Of a DNA stretch of 64,000 nt, positions 56,374-64,000 are shown one piece after another. The translations under genes and the position numbers were made by a program. The notes beneath the pieces are model-generated. The model was not told where the DNA came from. It worked only from the letters and a program-made list of their open reading frames with translations, and ran no database searches. The stretch comes from Patescibacteria group bacterium (lineage in GTDB: Bacteria > Patescibacteriota > Patescibacteriia > Magasanikbacterales > GWA2-37-8). Position 1 is the first letter of the stretch; the number at the start of each line of letters is the position of its first letter. The stretch covers positions 611,308 to 675,307 of the forward strand of contig JBAZNA010000001.1 in NCBI GenBank assembly GCA_041649475.1. Reading direction: 5' to 3'.

Positions 56374-57726
56374 CTACTTTTTTAAGTATGGCAAAATTTC
56401 GTCCGGCCGATTTATCAATCGCAAATAATCTTCATCCAATTGGGAAATGGTTTTATACTCCTGATGCAAATTATGAATAATATCCAAAAGCGGCTGCCAA
56501 AATTCCTGGCCATATAACAAGGTTGGTATCGGCGCAATTTTTTTGGTTTCCTGCAAAGTGAGCATTTCAAACAATTGATGCATTGTGCCGAATCCGCCCG
56601 GAAAAAACACAAACGCCTCGGAGGGCGCGGTGATAATTAATTTTCTCACAAACGGAAAGAAAAAACTGATTGATTTGGACAAATAACTATTTATTCGTTC
56701 TTTTCCTTCCACGCGCATGGTGATGCCGATGCTCTCTCCGTTTTTTTCAAATGCGCCCTTGTTAGCCGCTTCCATGATGCCCGGACCGCCGCCGGTCAAA
56801 GTTAAGTACTGATGCTGTGCTAAAAGTTTTCCCATCTCATAGGCCGCGTTGTAATAGGTCGTACCCGGCAAAATGCTTTTCGTTCCCAAAATAGTTACGT
56901 CGCGGGAAATTTTTGTCAAAAATTCAAAACCGTCAACCAGTTCGGCCATAATCCTGAAAATCCGCCAATCAAGTCCGCCCTGGCACAAGGGGCTATCATC
57001 CCCCACTTTACAAAAATTGGAGCGATCAGAAGATGTTTTAATTATTTCAAAGGCCTCTTCGGCAGTGCCAACAATATGCCACTTATCCAGATCAGCTTCG
57101 TTTATGGCGTGTATTTCTTTGGAGGATTTATTCCGCAAAAAATCAACCACCGGCTGCCAAAACTCGCGGCCGACTAAAACCACGGGCACTTTTTCCATAT
57201 GCCCCATTTCCATAGAATCAACCACTTCAAAAAATTCATCAAACGTGCCGAATCCGCCCGGAAAAAACACGAAAGCATTGGCCGGCGACGTCAGCATCAC
57301 CTTGCGGGTGAAGAAATAATAAAGAGCGATTGATTTTTTTACGTAAGGGTTAACCCGCTGTTCCAGCGGCAGTTGGATATTTAAGCCGACTGATTCGCCG
57401 CCGGCTTCAAACGCACCTTTGTTGGCCGCTTCCATGATGCCCGGACCGCCGCCGGTAATGGTGGTAAATCCGTTCTTGCCCAACAACTTTCCCAGCTCTT
57501 CCGCAATTTTGTAATATTTATTATTGCTCGGGATGCGGGCCGAACCCAAAATGGTAACCTCTTTGGAAAAGCCGGCCAAAAATTGATAACCTTCCACAAA
57601 CTCGGTCATGACTTTAAAAATTCTCCAGCTGTCGCGGTAGTTGACCACTTCACCGGCAGTGGCAATAGGAGGGGCCAGAAGCGCCGGAACCGCGTTTTTT
57701 TCTTTGGTAGCTTTGGGCATAAACAA
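56374..57726 (-). CDS. Tandem-duplicated LOG family protein (two cytokinin riboside 5'-monophosphate phosphoribohydrolase / TIGR00730 domains in one polypeptide)
   Basis: Two copies of the PGGxGTxxE and GGGPGIMEAANKGA motifs. Identical 32-nt and 26-nt segments recur exactly 660 nt apart (near 56765 and 57425, and near 56585 and 57245). Confidence 0.75.
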   Translation of the reverse strand: MFMPKATKEKNAVPALLAPPIATAGEVVNYRDSWRIFKVMTEFVEGYQFLAGFSKEVTILGSARIPSNNKYYKIAEELGKLLGKNGFTTITGGGPGIMEAANKGAFEAGGESVGLNIQLPLEQRVNPYVKKSIALYYFFTRKVMLTSPANAFVFFPGGFGTFDEFFEVVDSMEMGHMEKVPVVLVGREFWQPVVDFLRNKSSKEIHAINEADLDKWHIVGTAEEAFEIIKTSSDRSNFCKVGDDSPLCQGGLDWRIFRIMAELVDGFEFLTKISRDVTILGTKSILPGTTYYNAAYEMGKLLAQHQYLTLTGGGPGIMEAANKGAFEKNGESIGITMRVEGKERINSYLSKSISFFFPFVRKLIITAPSEAFVFFPGGFGTMHQLFEMLTLQETKKIAPIPTLLYGQEFWQPLLDIIHNLHQEYKTISQLDEDYLRLINRPDEILPYLKK

Positions 57727-57729
57727 AAA

Positions 57730-59154
57730 TTATTGTTCAAGTTTGTTGCCAATATTTAAAACGATTTCCTCTTTCAGACGCGGGCCGGTAATTTGCACCC
57801 CGACCGGCAGACCGGCAGAATTTTTTTCCGCAAAAACGTTTAAAGCCGGCATACCCGCCACGGCGGCCGGAGAAACCATTACGTCAGCCATATACAGAGC
57901 GAGCGGATCGTTAATTTTTTCACCAATGCCAAAAGCCGCAAACGGCGAAGTTGGTGTAATCAGTGCGTCAACTTTTGTAAACACCTCGTCAAAGTCCTTT
58001 TTAATCAAAGTTCGAACGGTCTGCGCTTTTTTGTAATATGCGTCATAATAGCCGGCCGAAAGCGCGTAGGTGCCAATTAAAATTCGGCGCTTTACCTCTT
58101 CCGGGAAACCTTGCTCGCGCGAACGGGCATATAAATCATATAAATTTTTATTTGGTTTGCGCACGCCGTAACGAACACCATCTAAGCGTCCCAAATTTGA
58201 ACTGTCTTCGCTGGGAACAATAATATAGTAAACCGCGATTGAATATTTGGTGTAGGGCAAACTGACATCAACAATTTTACAGCCCAACTTTTTTAATTTT
58301 TCAATTTGTTTAAAAGTGATGGCTTTGACTTCATCATCCAAACCCTCGGCCTCAAAATATTCTTTGGGAATGCCGATTTTCATGCCTTTCAAATCTTTTT
58401 CAATAGTTTTTGTATATTTTGGGACTTTGTCCGTCACGGTCGTGGCGTCAAGCGGATCATTGCCGGCGATTAGTTCCATAACCAAAGCCGTGTCGTAAAC
58501 GGTTTTCGTAATCGGACCGACTGTATCCAAAGAAGAACCCATCGGCATAATTCCGTATCGGGAATTGCGACCATAACTTGGACGCAGACCGTCAACTCCG
58601 CAAAAACTGGCGGGCTGGCGAATTGAACCGCCGGTATCTTCGGCAATGGAATAAATACACATGTGATCAGCCACGCTGGCCGCCGACCCGCCCGATGAAC
58701 CGCCGGCCACTTTGGTTAAATCGTGCGGATTTTTTACCGGACCATACATGCTGTTTTCATTGCTGGCGCCGTGGCCGAAGGCGTCACAATTTGTTTTGCC
58801 GATTAAGACCCCGCCCTGCGCCCGGATTTTTTTTATCACCGTGGCATCGTAAGGCGGAATATAATTATCCAAAATTTTGGCCGAGCCGGTTGAACGCACG
58901 CCGGCCGTGCAAATCGCGTCTTTTACAGAAAATGGAATGCCGGTTAAAACCGTGGCCTCACCTTCAGCAATCAAACCATCGGCCACTTCGGCATCTTCCA
59001 AAGCGCCTTCTTCGTTTATAGTGATAAAGGCATTTATCTCTTTATTTCTTTTTGAAATTTTTTTTAAGCAGGCCTCGGTGAGTTCAACTGAAGTAAAATC
59101 GCCTTTTTTCAAGCCCTCGGCCGCTTCTTTAATTGTCAGTTCGTTTAAGTTCAT
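57730..59154 (-). CDS. gatA: Glutamyl/aspartyl-tRNA amidotransferase subunit A
   Basis: Amidase signature GGSSGGSAA and Ser-cisSer-Lys catalytic residues. Confidence 0.95.
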   Translation of the reverse strand: MNLNELTIKEAAEGLKKGDFTSVELTEACLKKISKRNKEINAFITINEEGALEDAEVADGLIAEGEATVLTGIPFSVKDAICTAGVRSTGSAKILDNYIPPYDATVIKKIRAQGGVLIGKTNCDAFGHGASNENSMYGPVKNPHDLTKVAGGSSGGSAASVADHMCIYSIAEDTGGSIRQPASFCGVDGLRPSYGRNSRYGIMPMGSSLDTVGPITKTVYDTALVMELIAGNDPLDATTVTDKVPKYTKTIEKDLKGMKIGIPKEYFEAEGLDDEVKAITFKQIEKLKKLGCKIVDVSLPYTKYSIAVYYIIVPSEDSSNLGRLDGVRYGVRKPNKNLYDLYARSREQGFPEEVKRRILIGTYALSAGYYDAYYKKAQTVRTLIKKDFDEVFTKVDALITPTSPFAAFGIGEKINDPLALYMADVMVSPAAVAGMPALNVFAEKNSAGLPVGVQITGPRLKEEIVLNIGNKLEQ

Positions 59155-59165
59155 ATGGGCGCTGA

Positions 59166-59465
59166 TTAATTTTCCTCTTCAGCAAAAACGGCGGGCACTA
59201 CTAGTTCATTTTCCCGCACCTCCGGCATCTGCCCGATTAAGTCCTTTTTAATTTCACTATCTCTTGGCACATCCTCGCGCACCACATCTTCCAAACCCGT
59301 CACCTGCGAAGTTTGTTCCACGCCTTTGGTATTAACCTCATTTAAAATTTTCATATAATCCAAAACCGCGGAAATTGTTTCCGCGTGGCGCTTTTCCTCT
59401 TCGGCTGTTAAATTTAACCGCGCCAAAGTGGCAATCTTCTTTACCTCTTCTATCGAGATGGACAT
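59166..59465 (-). CDS. gatC: Glutamyl/aspartyl-tRNA amidotransferase subunit C
   Basis: 99 aa with the GatC motif V.K.A.LARL.L..EE. Confidence 0.85.
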   Translation of the reverse strand: MSISIEEVKKIATLARLNLTAEEEKRHAETISAVLDYMKILNEVNTKGVEQTSQVTGLEDVVREDVPRDSEIKKDLIGQMPEVRENELVVPAVFAEEEN

Positions 59466-59584
59466 AATGGCTATATTTTACTGGAATTACAAGAGTTTGG
59501 CAAATGACAAGTTTTAAAAAAAGAAGCTCCGCACGCGAACGCGCACGGAGCATGTCTGACCTCATTCGTCATTTGTTTTCTCGC

Positions 59585-59845
59585 CTACCCCTCCACGAAC
59601 ACAGTCCCAAACGTCAGACGTTCGCCTTCCGGCGTCCGGATTCCCTCCTGGATCTGCTTGTGCCACTGGTTCTTGGCCCGCCACCAGTCAGCGCTTCTGA
59701 CTTTGGTGTTGTGCCAATGTCCATTGCGCCAAATCAAATAGTGGGCCTTGTGCCTCCCGGGTTTTCTGGACATCACCCGCAGTACTTCGCCTACAAAGCG
59801 TGGAGCAATACCATCAGCTGTCTGCATTATCTTGACTAAAGCCAT
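59585..59845 (-). CDS. Small hypothetical His/Trp/Arg-rich protein in a locally GC-elevated (about 55%) segment
   Basis: 86 aa with a strong SD (GGAGG) before the ATG. The composition is atypical for this genome. No family was recognised. Confidence 0.4.
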   Translation of the reverse strand: MALVKIMQTADGIAPRFVGEVLRVMSRKPGRHKAHYLIWRNGHWHNTKVRSADWWRAKNQWHKQIQEGIRTPEGERLTFGTVFVEG

Positions 59846-59882
59846 GAGGTTGCCTCCTCTTTGGAAAACTTTTTGCCATTAT

Positions 59883-61070
59883 TTAACCACTAGAAGAAGA
59901 GTTTGTCAATTTTGGGGCTGTGGAAAAGGTAAACATCACCGCCGCTATAGCCGCCATAATCCCGCCAAAATAAAACGGCGCGCTCGGGCTAACTTTTGTC
60001 CACAAAAGTCCGGCGATGATTGAAGCAAATAACACACAAATTCCAACGACCATCTGCTGGGCGCCAAAAGCCGTACCGGATTTTTCCGTCGGTACCATCG
60101 TTGACATATAAGCGCGGCTTATTCCGTCGGTCAGGCCTATGTAAATTCCATAAAGAGGAAATAAAATCCAAATAAATACCGGGCTCTGAATAAACCCAAA
60201 CAACAGATAAACAATCGCAAACAGCCAAAGCCCGACTGCTAAAACTTTTTTCGGGCCGATTTTGTCGGTAATCACTCCGGCCGGGTATGAGAAAATAGTG
60301 TAAGCAATATTATACAAAACATAAGCCCCCACCGTGAGCGTTACATCCAAGCCCAAATTCTGCGCCCTTAAAATCAAAAACGCGTCCGAACTGTTGCCAA
60401 TGGAAAAAATCAGCATGATCAGTAAAAAATATTTAAAAGACGGACTGAAATCAGACCACTTAAATTTTAAAACTGCCGGCACCTGCGCCGGCAACACAGC
60501 TTCTCTCTTTTTTTCTTTAACCAACAAAATCAACAATAACACACCGATAACCGAAGGAATGGCAGCCAAGAAAAATACATTGCGGTAATTTTCAGAATAG
60601 ATGTCCACCAAAATCAAAGCCAGAATCGGGCCGATCACCGCGCCCATACTGTCCATGGAGCGGTGCAAACCGAATGCCCGCCCGCGTTGCTGTGGCTCCA
60701 CACTTTCCAAAATCAAAGCGTCGCGCGCGGCTACGCGTGTGCCTTTGCCGAAACGATCAATAAACCGGGCAAATAAAACAAACGGCCAGCTCTGGGCCAA
60801 ACCGATTAAAACTTTGGCGATTCCCGATAAAGAATAACCAATGGTGACAAAAATTTTTCTCTTCTTCAGTTTATCTGAAATCCAGCCGGAAAATAATTTA
60901 AACAAACTGGCGGTGGACTCGGCCACCCCTTCAATCAAACCGATAATCGCCACCGGCGCGCCCAAAATGGTTTTCAAAAAAATCGGTATGATCGGATAAA
61001 TCATTTCCGAAGAAATGTCGTTAAATAAACTCACCAAACCCATGGCCACCACGTTTCTTGGCATCTTCAT
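59883..61070 (-). CDS. MFS transporter
   Basis: 12-TM topology and the MFS loop motif G...DK.G.RK. Confidence 0.8.
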   Translation of the reverse strand: MKMPRNVVAMGLVSLFNDISSEMIYPIIPIFLKTILGAPVAIIGLIEGVAESTASLFKLFSGWISDKLKKRKIFVTIGYSLSGIAKVLIGLAQSWPFVLFARFIDRFGKGTRVAARDALILESVEPQQRGRAFGLHRSMDSMGAVIGPILALILVDIYSENYRNVFFLAAIPSVIGVLLLILLVKEKKREAVLPAQVPAVLKFKWSDFSPSFKYFLLIMLIFSIGNSSDAFLILRAQNLGLDVTLTVGAYVLYNIAYTIFSYPAGVITDKIGPKKVLAVGLWLFAIVYLLFGFIQSPVFIWILFPLYGIYIGLTDGISRAYMSTMVPTEKSGTAFGAQQMVVGICVLFASIIAGLLWTKVSPSAPFYFGGIMAAIAAVMFTFSTAPKLTNSSSSG

Positions 61071-61084
61071 ATGTCCTGGAGATT

Positions 61085-61354
61085 TTATTTTTGCTGCAGG
61101 TCTTTCTTTTTTTGTTCGTATTCTTCTTTATTGATTTCACCCTTTGCGTATCTCTCGTCCAAAATCTTGAGAGCGCTGTTTCCTTCCGGCTCATGAAACC
61201 GGCCATAATATCCGCCTCGCATTCCGGCTCTGCGCACCAGCGACACAATCGCCCAAACAATCACGACCCAAAAAATAACTATAAGAATCATCATAATTAT
61301 GCCTCCTGATCCAAAATTCATTCCCCAACCATTGTAATAGTATGGATACATCAT
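61085..61354 (-). CDS. SHOCT-domain membrane protein
   Basis: TM helix plus C-terminal LKILDERYAKGEINKEEYEQKK, the SHOCT motif. Confidence 0.6.
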   Translation of the reverse strand: MMYPYYYNGWGMNFGSGGIIMMILIVIFWVVIVWAIVSLVRRAGMRGGYYGRFHEPEGNSALKILDERYAKGEINKEEYEQKKKDLQQK

Positions 61355-61413
61355 AGAATTATACTATGTATCTACATTATCATTCTCCGAAAATTCCCGT
61401 CAAATCGGCACAG

Positions 61414-61854
61414 CTAAACTTTAATGTTCTTTAATTCTCTTCGCATGGTTCTGTAATCCGGAAAAGTTTTTGCCACCAAGGCCCAAAATCTTTTTGAATG
61501 GTTCATCTCACCCAAATGACACAATTCATGTACCACCAGGTAGTCAGCCAAGTGATTAGGTAAATATACCACCTTATAATTAAAATTCAAATTTCCTTTT
61601 TTGGAACAGCTCCCCCATCTGGTTTTTTGATTGCGAATGCTGATCTTTCTGTATTTAAACTTATAAATCTCGTTAAAATTTTTTAATTTCTCCAAAACTA
61701 AATCATACGCCCGGCCGCGCTGGCGTATGAATTCTTTTTTTGGCAGAAGACGCTTGGTTTTAGTTTTGAACCAAAATAGACGCCGACCCGCCGCCGTTAC
61801 AAGTAATATAATATGTTCCGGCCTTATTCGGCGCGGTAGCAATTGCATAGCCAT
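61414..61854 (-). CDS. YgjP/DUF45 (WLM/SprT-like) zinc metallopeptidase-like protein; 5' region overlaps the upstream gene
   Basis: HExxH zinc-binding motif (VVHELCHL.E.NHS..FW). The only in-frame ATG start codons lie about 95 nt or more inside the upstream gene, which stops at 61760. Confidence 0.5.
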   Translation of the reverse strand: MAMQLLPRRIRPEHIILLVTAAGRRLFWFKTKTKRLLPKKEFIRQRGRAYDLVLEKLKNFNEIYKFKYRKISIRNQKTRWGSCSKKGNLNFNYKVVYLPNHLADYLVVHELCHLGEMNHSKRFWALVAKTFPDYRTMRRELKNIKV

Positions 61855-62317
61855 AAGCTCCAACCGTAAATGTCTGATATTGATAAATCGCAATTTTGCG
61901 TGAAAAACCATCACGATTGTCAAGCATGAATTTTTTGCCTTTCTTCATGGTTAAAGAACCGGGAGAAGCATGACAATCAACAAACTGAAAATAATAGCCG
62001 GAATTTTTATAAATCTTTAAGGCATCAAGGTATCTTTGGGTGGCGGAAATCGGGGTAGAAACCTTGGTTGTGGATTTTTTCGCAGCGTTTGGCGTGCTGG
62101 TCGGAGTTGAGGTTGGGACAACGGCTGATGTCAAACTTGAAGTCGGGTTTAGACCTTGTTCATTTTGGTTGGGTGTGCCAATAGGCGTCTGACCATTTTT
62201 CCAAAACAAATAGACAATCAACAAAACTGCCAAAATCCCCAATCCGATTACCCAATACTTTTTATTATTGTCATGCATATTTTCTGTAGGCGTAGGTGTA
62301 GGTGTTTGCGTTTCCAT
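61760..62317 (-). CDS. Membrane-anchored secreted hypothetical protein
   Basis: TM helix, a Thr/Pro/Ser-rich linker, and a small C-terminal globular domain with Cys residues. Confidence 0.4.
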   Translation of the reverse strand: METQTPTPTPTENMHDNNKKYWVIGLGILAVLLIVYLFWKNGQTPIGTPNQNEQGLNPTSSLTSAVVPTSTPTSTPNAAKKSTTKVSTPISATQRYLDALKIYKNSGYYFQFVDCHASPGSLTMKKGKKFMLDNRDGFSRKIAIYQYQTFTVGAYGYAIATAPNKAGTYYITCNGGGSASILVQN

Positions 62318-62403
62318 AATATATAAAAAATTAAAACTTACTTAAAATGAAACCTGATTTAGTGTAGCAAAAAAACACGCTTGAGGCAAGTATTTTAAAA
62401 AAA

Positions 62404-62433
62404 CAGCCCGGTCGCATTATTTGCGATGGGCTG
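62404..62433 (-). terminator. Hairpin CAGCCC-N18-GGGCTG overlapping the KGG gene stop codon, flanked by A/T runs
   Basis: Inverted repeat with an A7 run on one side and T4 on the other. Confidence 0.4.
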
Positions 62434-62599
62434 CTTTTCCGCCTTTCCGACCGGCTCGACGGGCTTCTTCGGGTGTAAATTCATGCGCCGTCCCTCTCTG
62501 ATGCGCGGCTTGTCCGCCGATACGGGCGATCTCCCGCTGTCTGGTCGGACTCATGGAGGCGAACCCTCTTTTGCTTTTATTGGTAATTGTATATTCCAT
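62417..62599 (-). CDS. KGG-repeat stress-induced protein (YciG-like)
   Basis: Motifs GFASMSPTRQREIARIGGQA and AGRKGGKA. Local GC is elevated. Confidence 0.6.
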   Translation of the reverse strand: MEYTITNKSKRGFASMSPTRQREIARIGGQAAHQRGTAHEFTPEEARRAGRKGGKAAHRK

Positions 62600-62676
62600 A
62601 ATAGAAATTTTATAAACCTTTATAATTCATACCTAACTGGTATATATTTCTATTATCCAACATGGCCGACACGTTG

Positions 62677-63936
62677 TCAAGGCACGGGCTTCTTAAAATA
62701 ATTGACGGCGAATGAAATCAGCCGAAATAACAAAATCAAAAATGTCAGCCAAAAAATGCCTAGGGCAATTCCGGCCAAAACATCGCTTAACCAATGCACG
62801 CCCAGATACACGCGGCTGAAACCGATTAAAATAAAAAGAAAGATATTGACGCCGATGTATAGGGCTTTTAAAATTTTATTTTTAAAATAATCTTTAAAGG
62901 CATAGATCAGCAGGCCAAAAAATATGGTTGAGAGCACTGCGTGTCCGCTCGGGAAGCTATACCCCGATACGAAGAGCAGCTCCACCGGCGGCCGCGGCCG
63001 GTGAACCCAAGATTTTATCAAAATATCAAACAGCGTTCCGCCGGCTAAACTGAAAAAAAATAAAAGCGCATAATACCATTTCTTTTTTATAATCAAAAAT
63101 ACCAGTAACAACAAGACCAGCGCCAGCAATGTATAGGGGCTGGCGACAAAAGTTAAACCCAGCATTATTTTATTTAAAATCGCGCTATGGAGAAAAACCA
63201 TTTTTTGATTCACCCAAAGATCAATTTTGGTAATCAATTCACCGTCAACTACATCTTCGGTGATTTTTGAAAACAAATATATACAAATCACGTTAAAGGA
63301 AATGGCGTAAATATAATATTTTTTAAAAATATGCCGGCGTTTATTGATGAAATGATAGCCGTAAATCATAAACAATCCGGCCACTATTCCCCAAAAAACT
63401 ATGCGTCCGATATATTTTGAAGCGACCGCATAGCTGGCGCCAAAAATATAACCGATCAAGACCGAGGAAACGGCCCAGCTGATGCCGCCGATGAGGTTAA
63501 AAAACAAAAATTTTGCTAGCGGTATATCGGACAGGCCGGCGGCAAACGGGGCAAAAGATCTGGTAATTAAATTGAATCTGCCGATAATGAGTGTTTTGCC
63601 GGTATGGGTTTCCACCAACTTTTTTGTTCTTTCCAAATATTCTTCTTTGAAAAAGAAATACTTGCCGTATTTTTTTACAAAATTATAGCCGTATCTGCGT
63701 CCAATCGCATAACCCGCCAAATCACCGGCGATGGCGCCCAAAGACGCGACCGCCATCACCATAAAAATATTGAGCAATCCGATATTGGCAAAAAAACCGC
63801 CGGCAATAACAACCGTATACCCGGGCAGAAATACGCCGACAAGCGGTATGGTCTCAAGCAAAGCGGATAAAAAAATAATCCAATAACCCCAATGGCCAAG
63901 TTGAGATACAATTTGCAATAAATTAGCAATGCTCAT
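62677..63936 (-). CDS. Bifunctional DedA-family / PAP2 phosphatase-family membrane protein
   Basis: N-terminal DedA/SNARE-associated region (VGVFLPGYTVVIAGGFFA). C-terminal PAP2 motifs: KxxxxxxRP (KSWVHRPRP), PSGH, and SRxxxxxHxxxD (SRVYLGVHWLSD). Confidence 0.7.
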   Translation of the reverse strand: MSIANLLQIVSQLGHWGYWIIFLSALLETIPLVGVFLPGYTVVIAGGFFANIGLLNIFMVMAVASLGAIAGDLAGYAIGRRYGYNFVKKYGKYFFFKEEYLERTKKLVETHTGKTLIIGRFNLITRSFAPFAAGLSDIPLAKFLFFNLIGGISWAVSSVLIGYIFGASYAVASKYIGRIVFWGIVAGLFMIYGYHFINKRRHIFKKYYIYAISFNVICIYLFSKITEDVVDGELITKIDLWVNQKMVFLHSAILNKIMLGLTFVASPYTLLALVLLLLVFLIIKKKWYYALLFFFSLAGGTLFDILIKSWVHRPRPPVELLFVSGYSFPSGHAVLSTIFFGLLIYAFKDYFKNKILKALYIGVNIFLFILIGFSRVYLGVHWLSDVLAGIALGIFWLTFLILLFRLISFAVNYFKKPVP

Positions 63937-64000
63937 GAAGTTATTATAGCAAAACCCTACTTGAGAATAAAGACCTTGTCGCCAACTTTAACTTTCTGCG

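Overview
The window is about 40% GC and gene-dense, and looks like a small-genome bacterium, possibly Patescibacteria/CPR-like (inference from gene content only). Coding uses both strands, with Shine-Dalgarno-type leaders.

Content in order:
- dnaB (5' truncated at the window edge), ybaB and recR.
- rplU, a DUF192 gene, a WecA/MraY-family transferase, and a membrane-anchored ClpA/C-like AAA+ protein.
- A 2030-aa FG-GAP/VCBS repeat surface protein with C-terminal peptidoglycan-binding domains, sitting directly downstream of mraZ-rsmH-ftsL.
- A beta-CASP RNase, murJ, lepA and recJ.
- A surface-glycan locus: DsbA-like, GT4 N-terminal fragment, methyltransferase, GT4, DUF2304, GT2, UXS, an S8 protease and a WbaP-like initiating transferase.
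- pyrG, rplI, era, ctpA, murA and rnhA.
- A long heat-shock operon: CIRCE, hrcA, a Nudix-GrpE fusion, hsp20, dnaK, a Zn-ribbon, dnaJ, an ECF sigma factor, an anti-sigma-like gene and a secreted protein.
- SPFH, yidC, an MBL hydrolase, an HD hydrolase, PCD and uppP.
- tRNA-Ser(GGA), lgt, a tandem-duplicated LOG gene, gatCA, an MFS transporter and a DedA-PAP2 fusion.

Stand-out features:
- A four-copy, roughly 70-bp palindromic intergenic repeat family with a conserved 22-nt core.
- Two or three abrupt high-GC (55-62%) insertions, including a pyrE-pyrF pair, that look horizontally acquired.
- A pseudo-ATPase D1 domain and an N-terminal membrane anchor on the Clp-like protein.
- A Nudix-GrpE fusion.
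- An internal tandem duplication in the LOG gene.

No CRISPR array, rRNA, or transposase/integrase was found. Coordinates of non-ORF features were indexed by eye and may be off by 1-2 nt.
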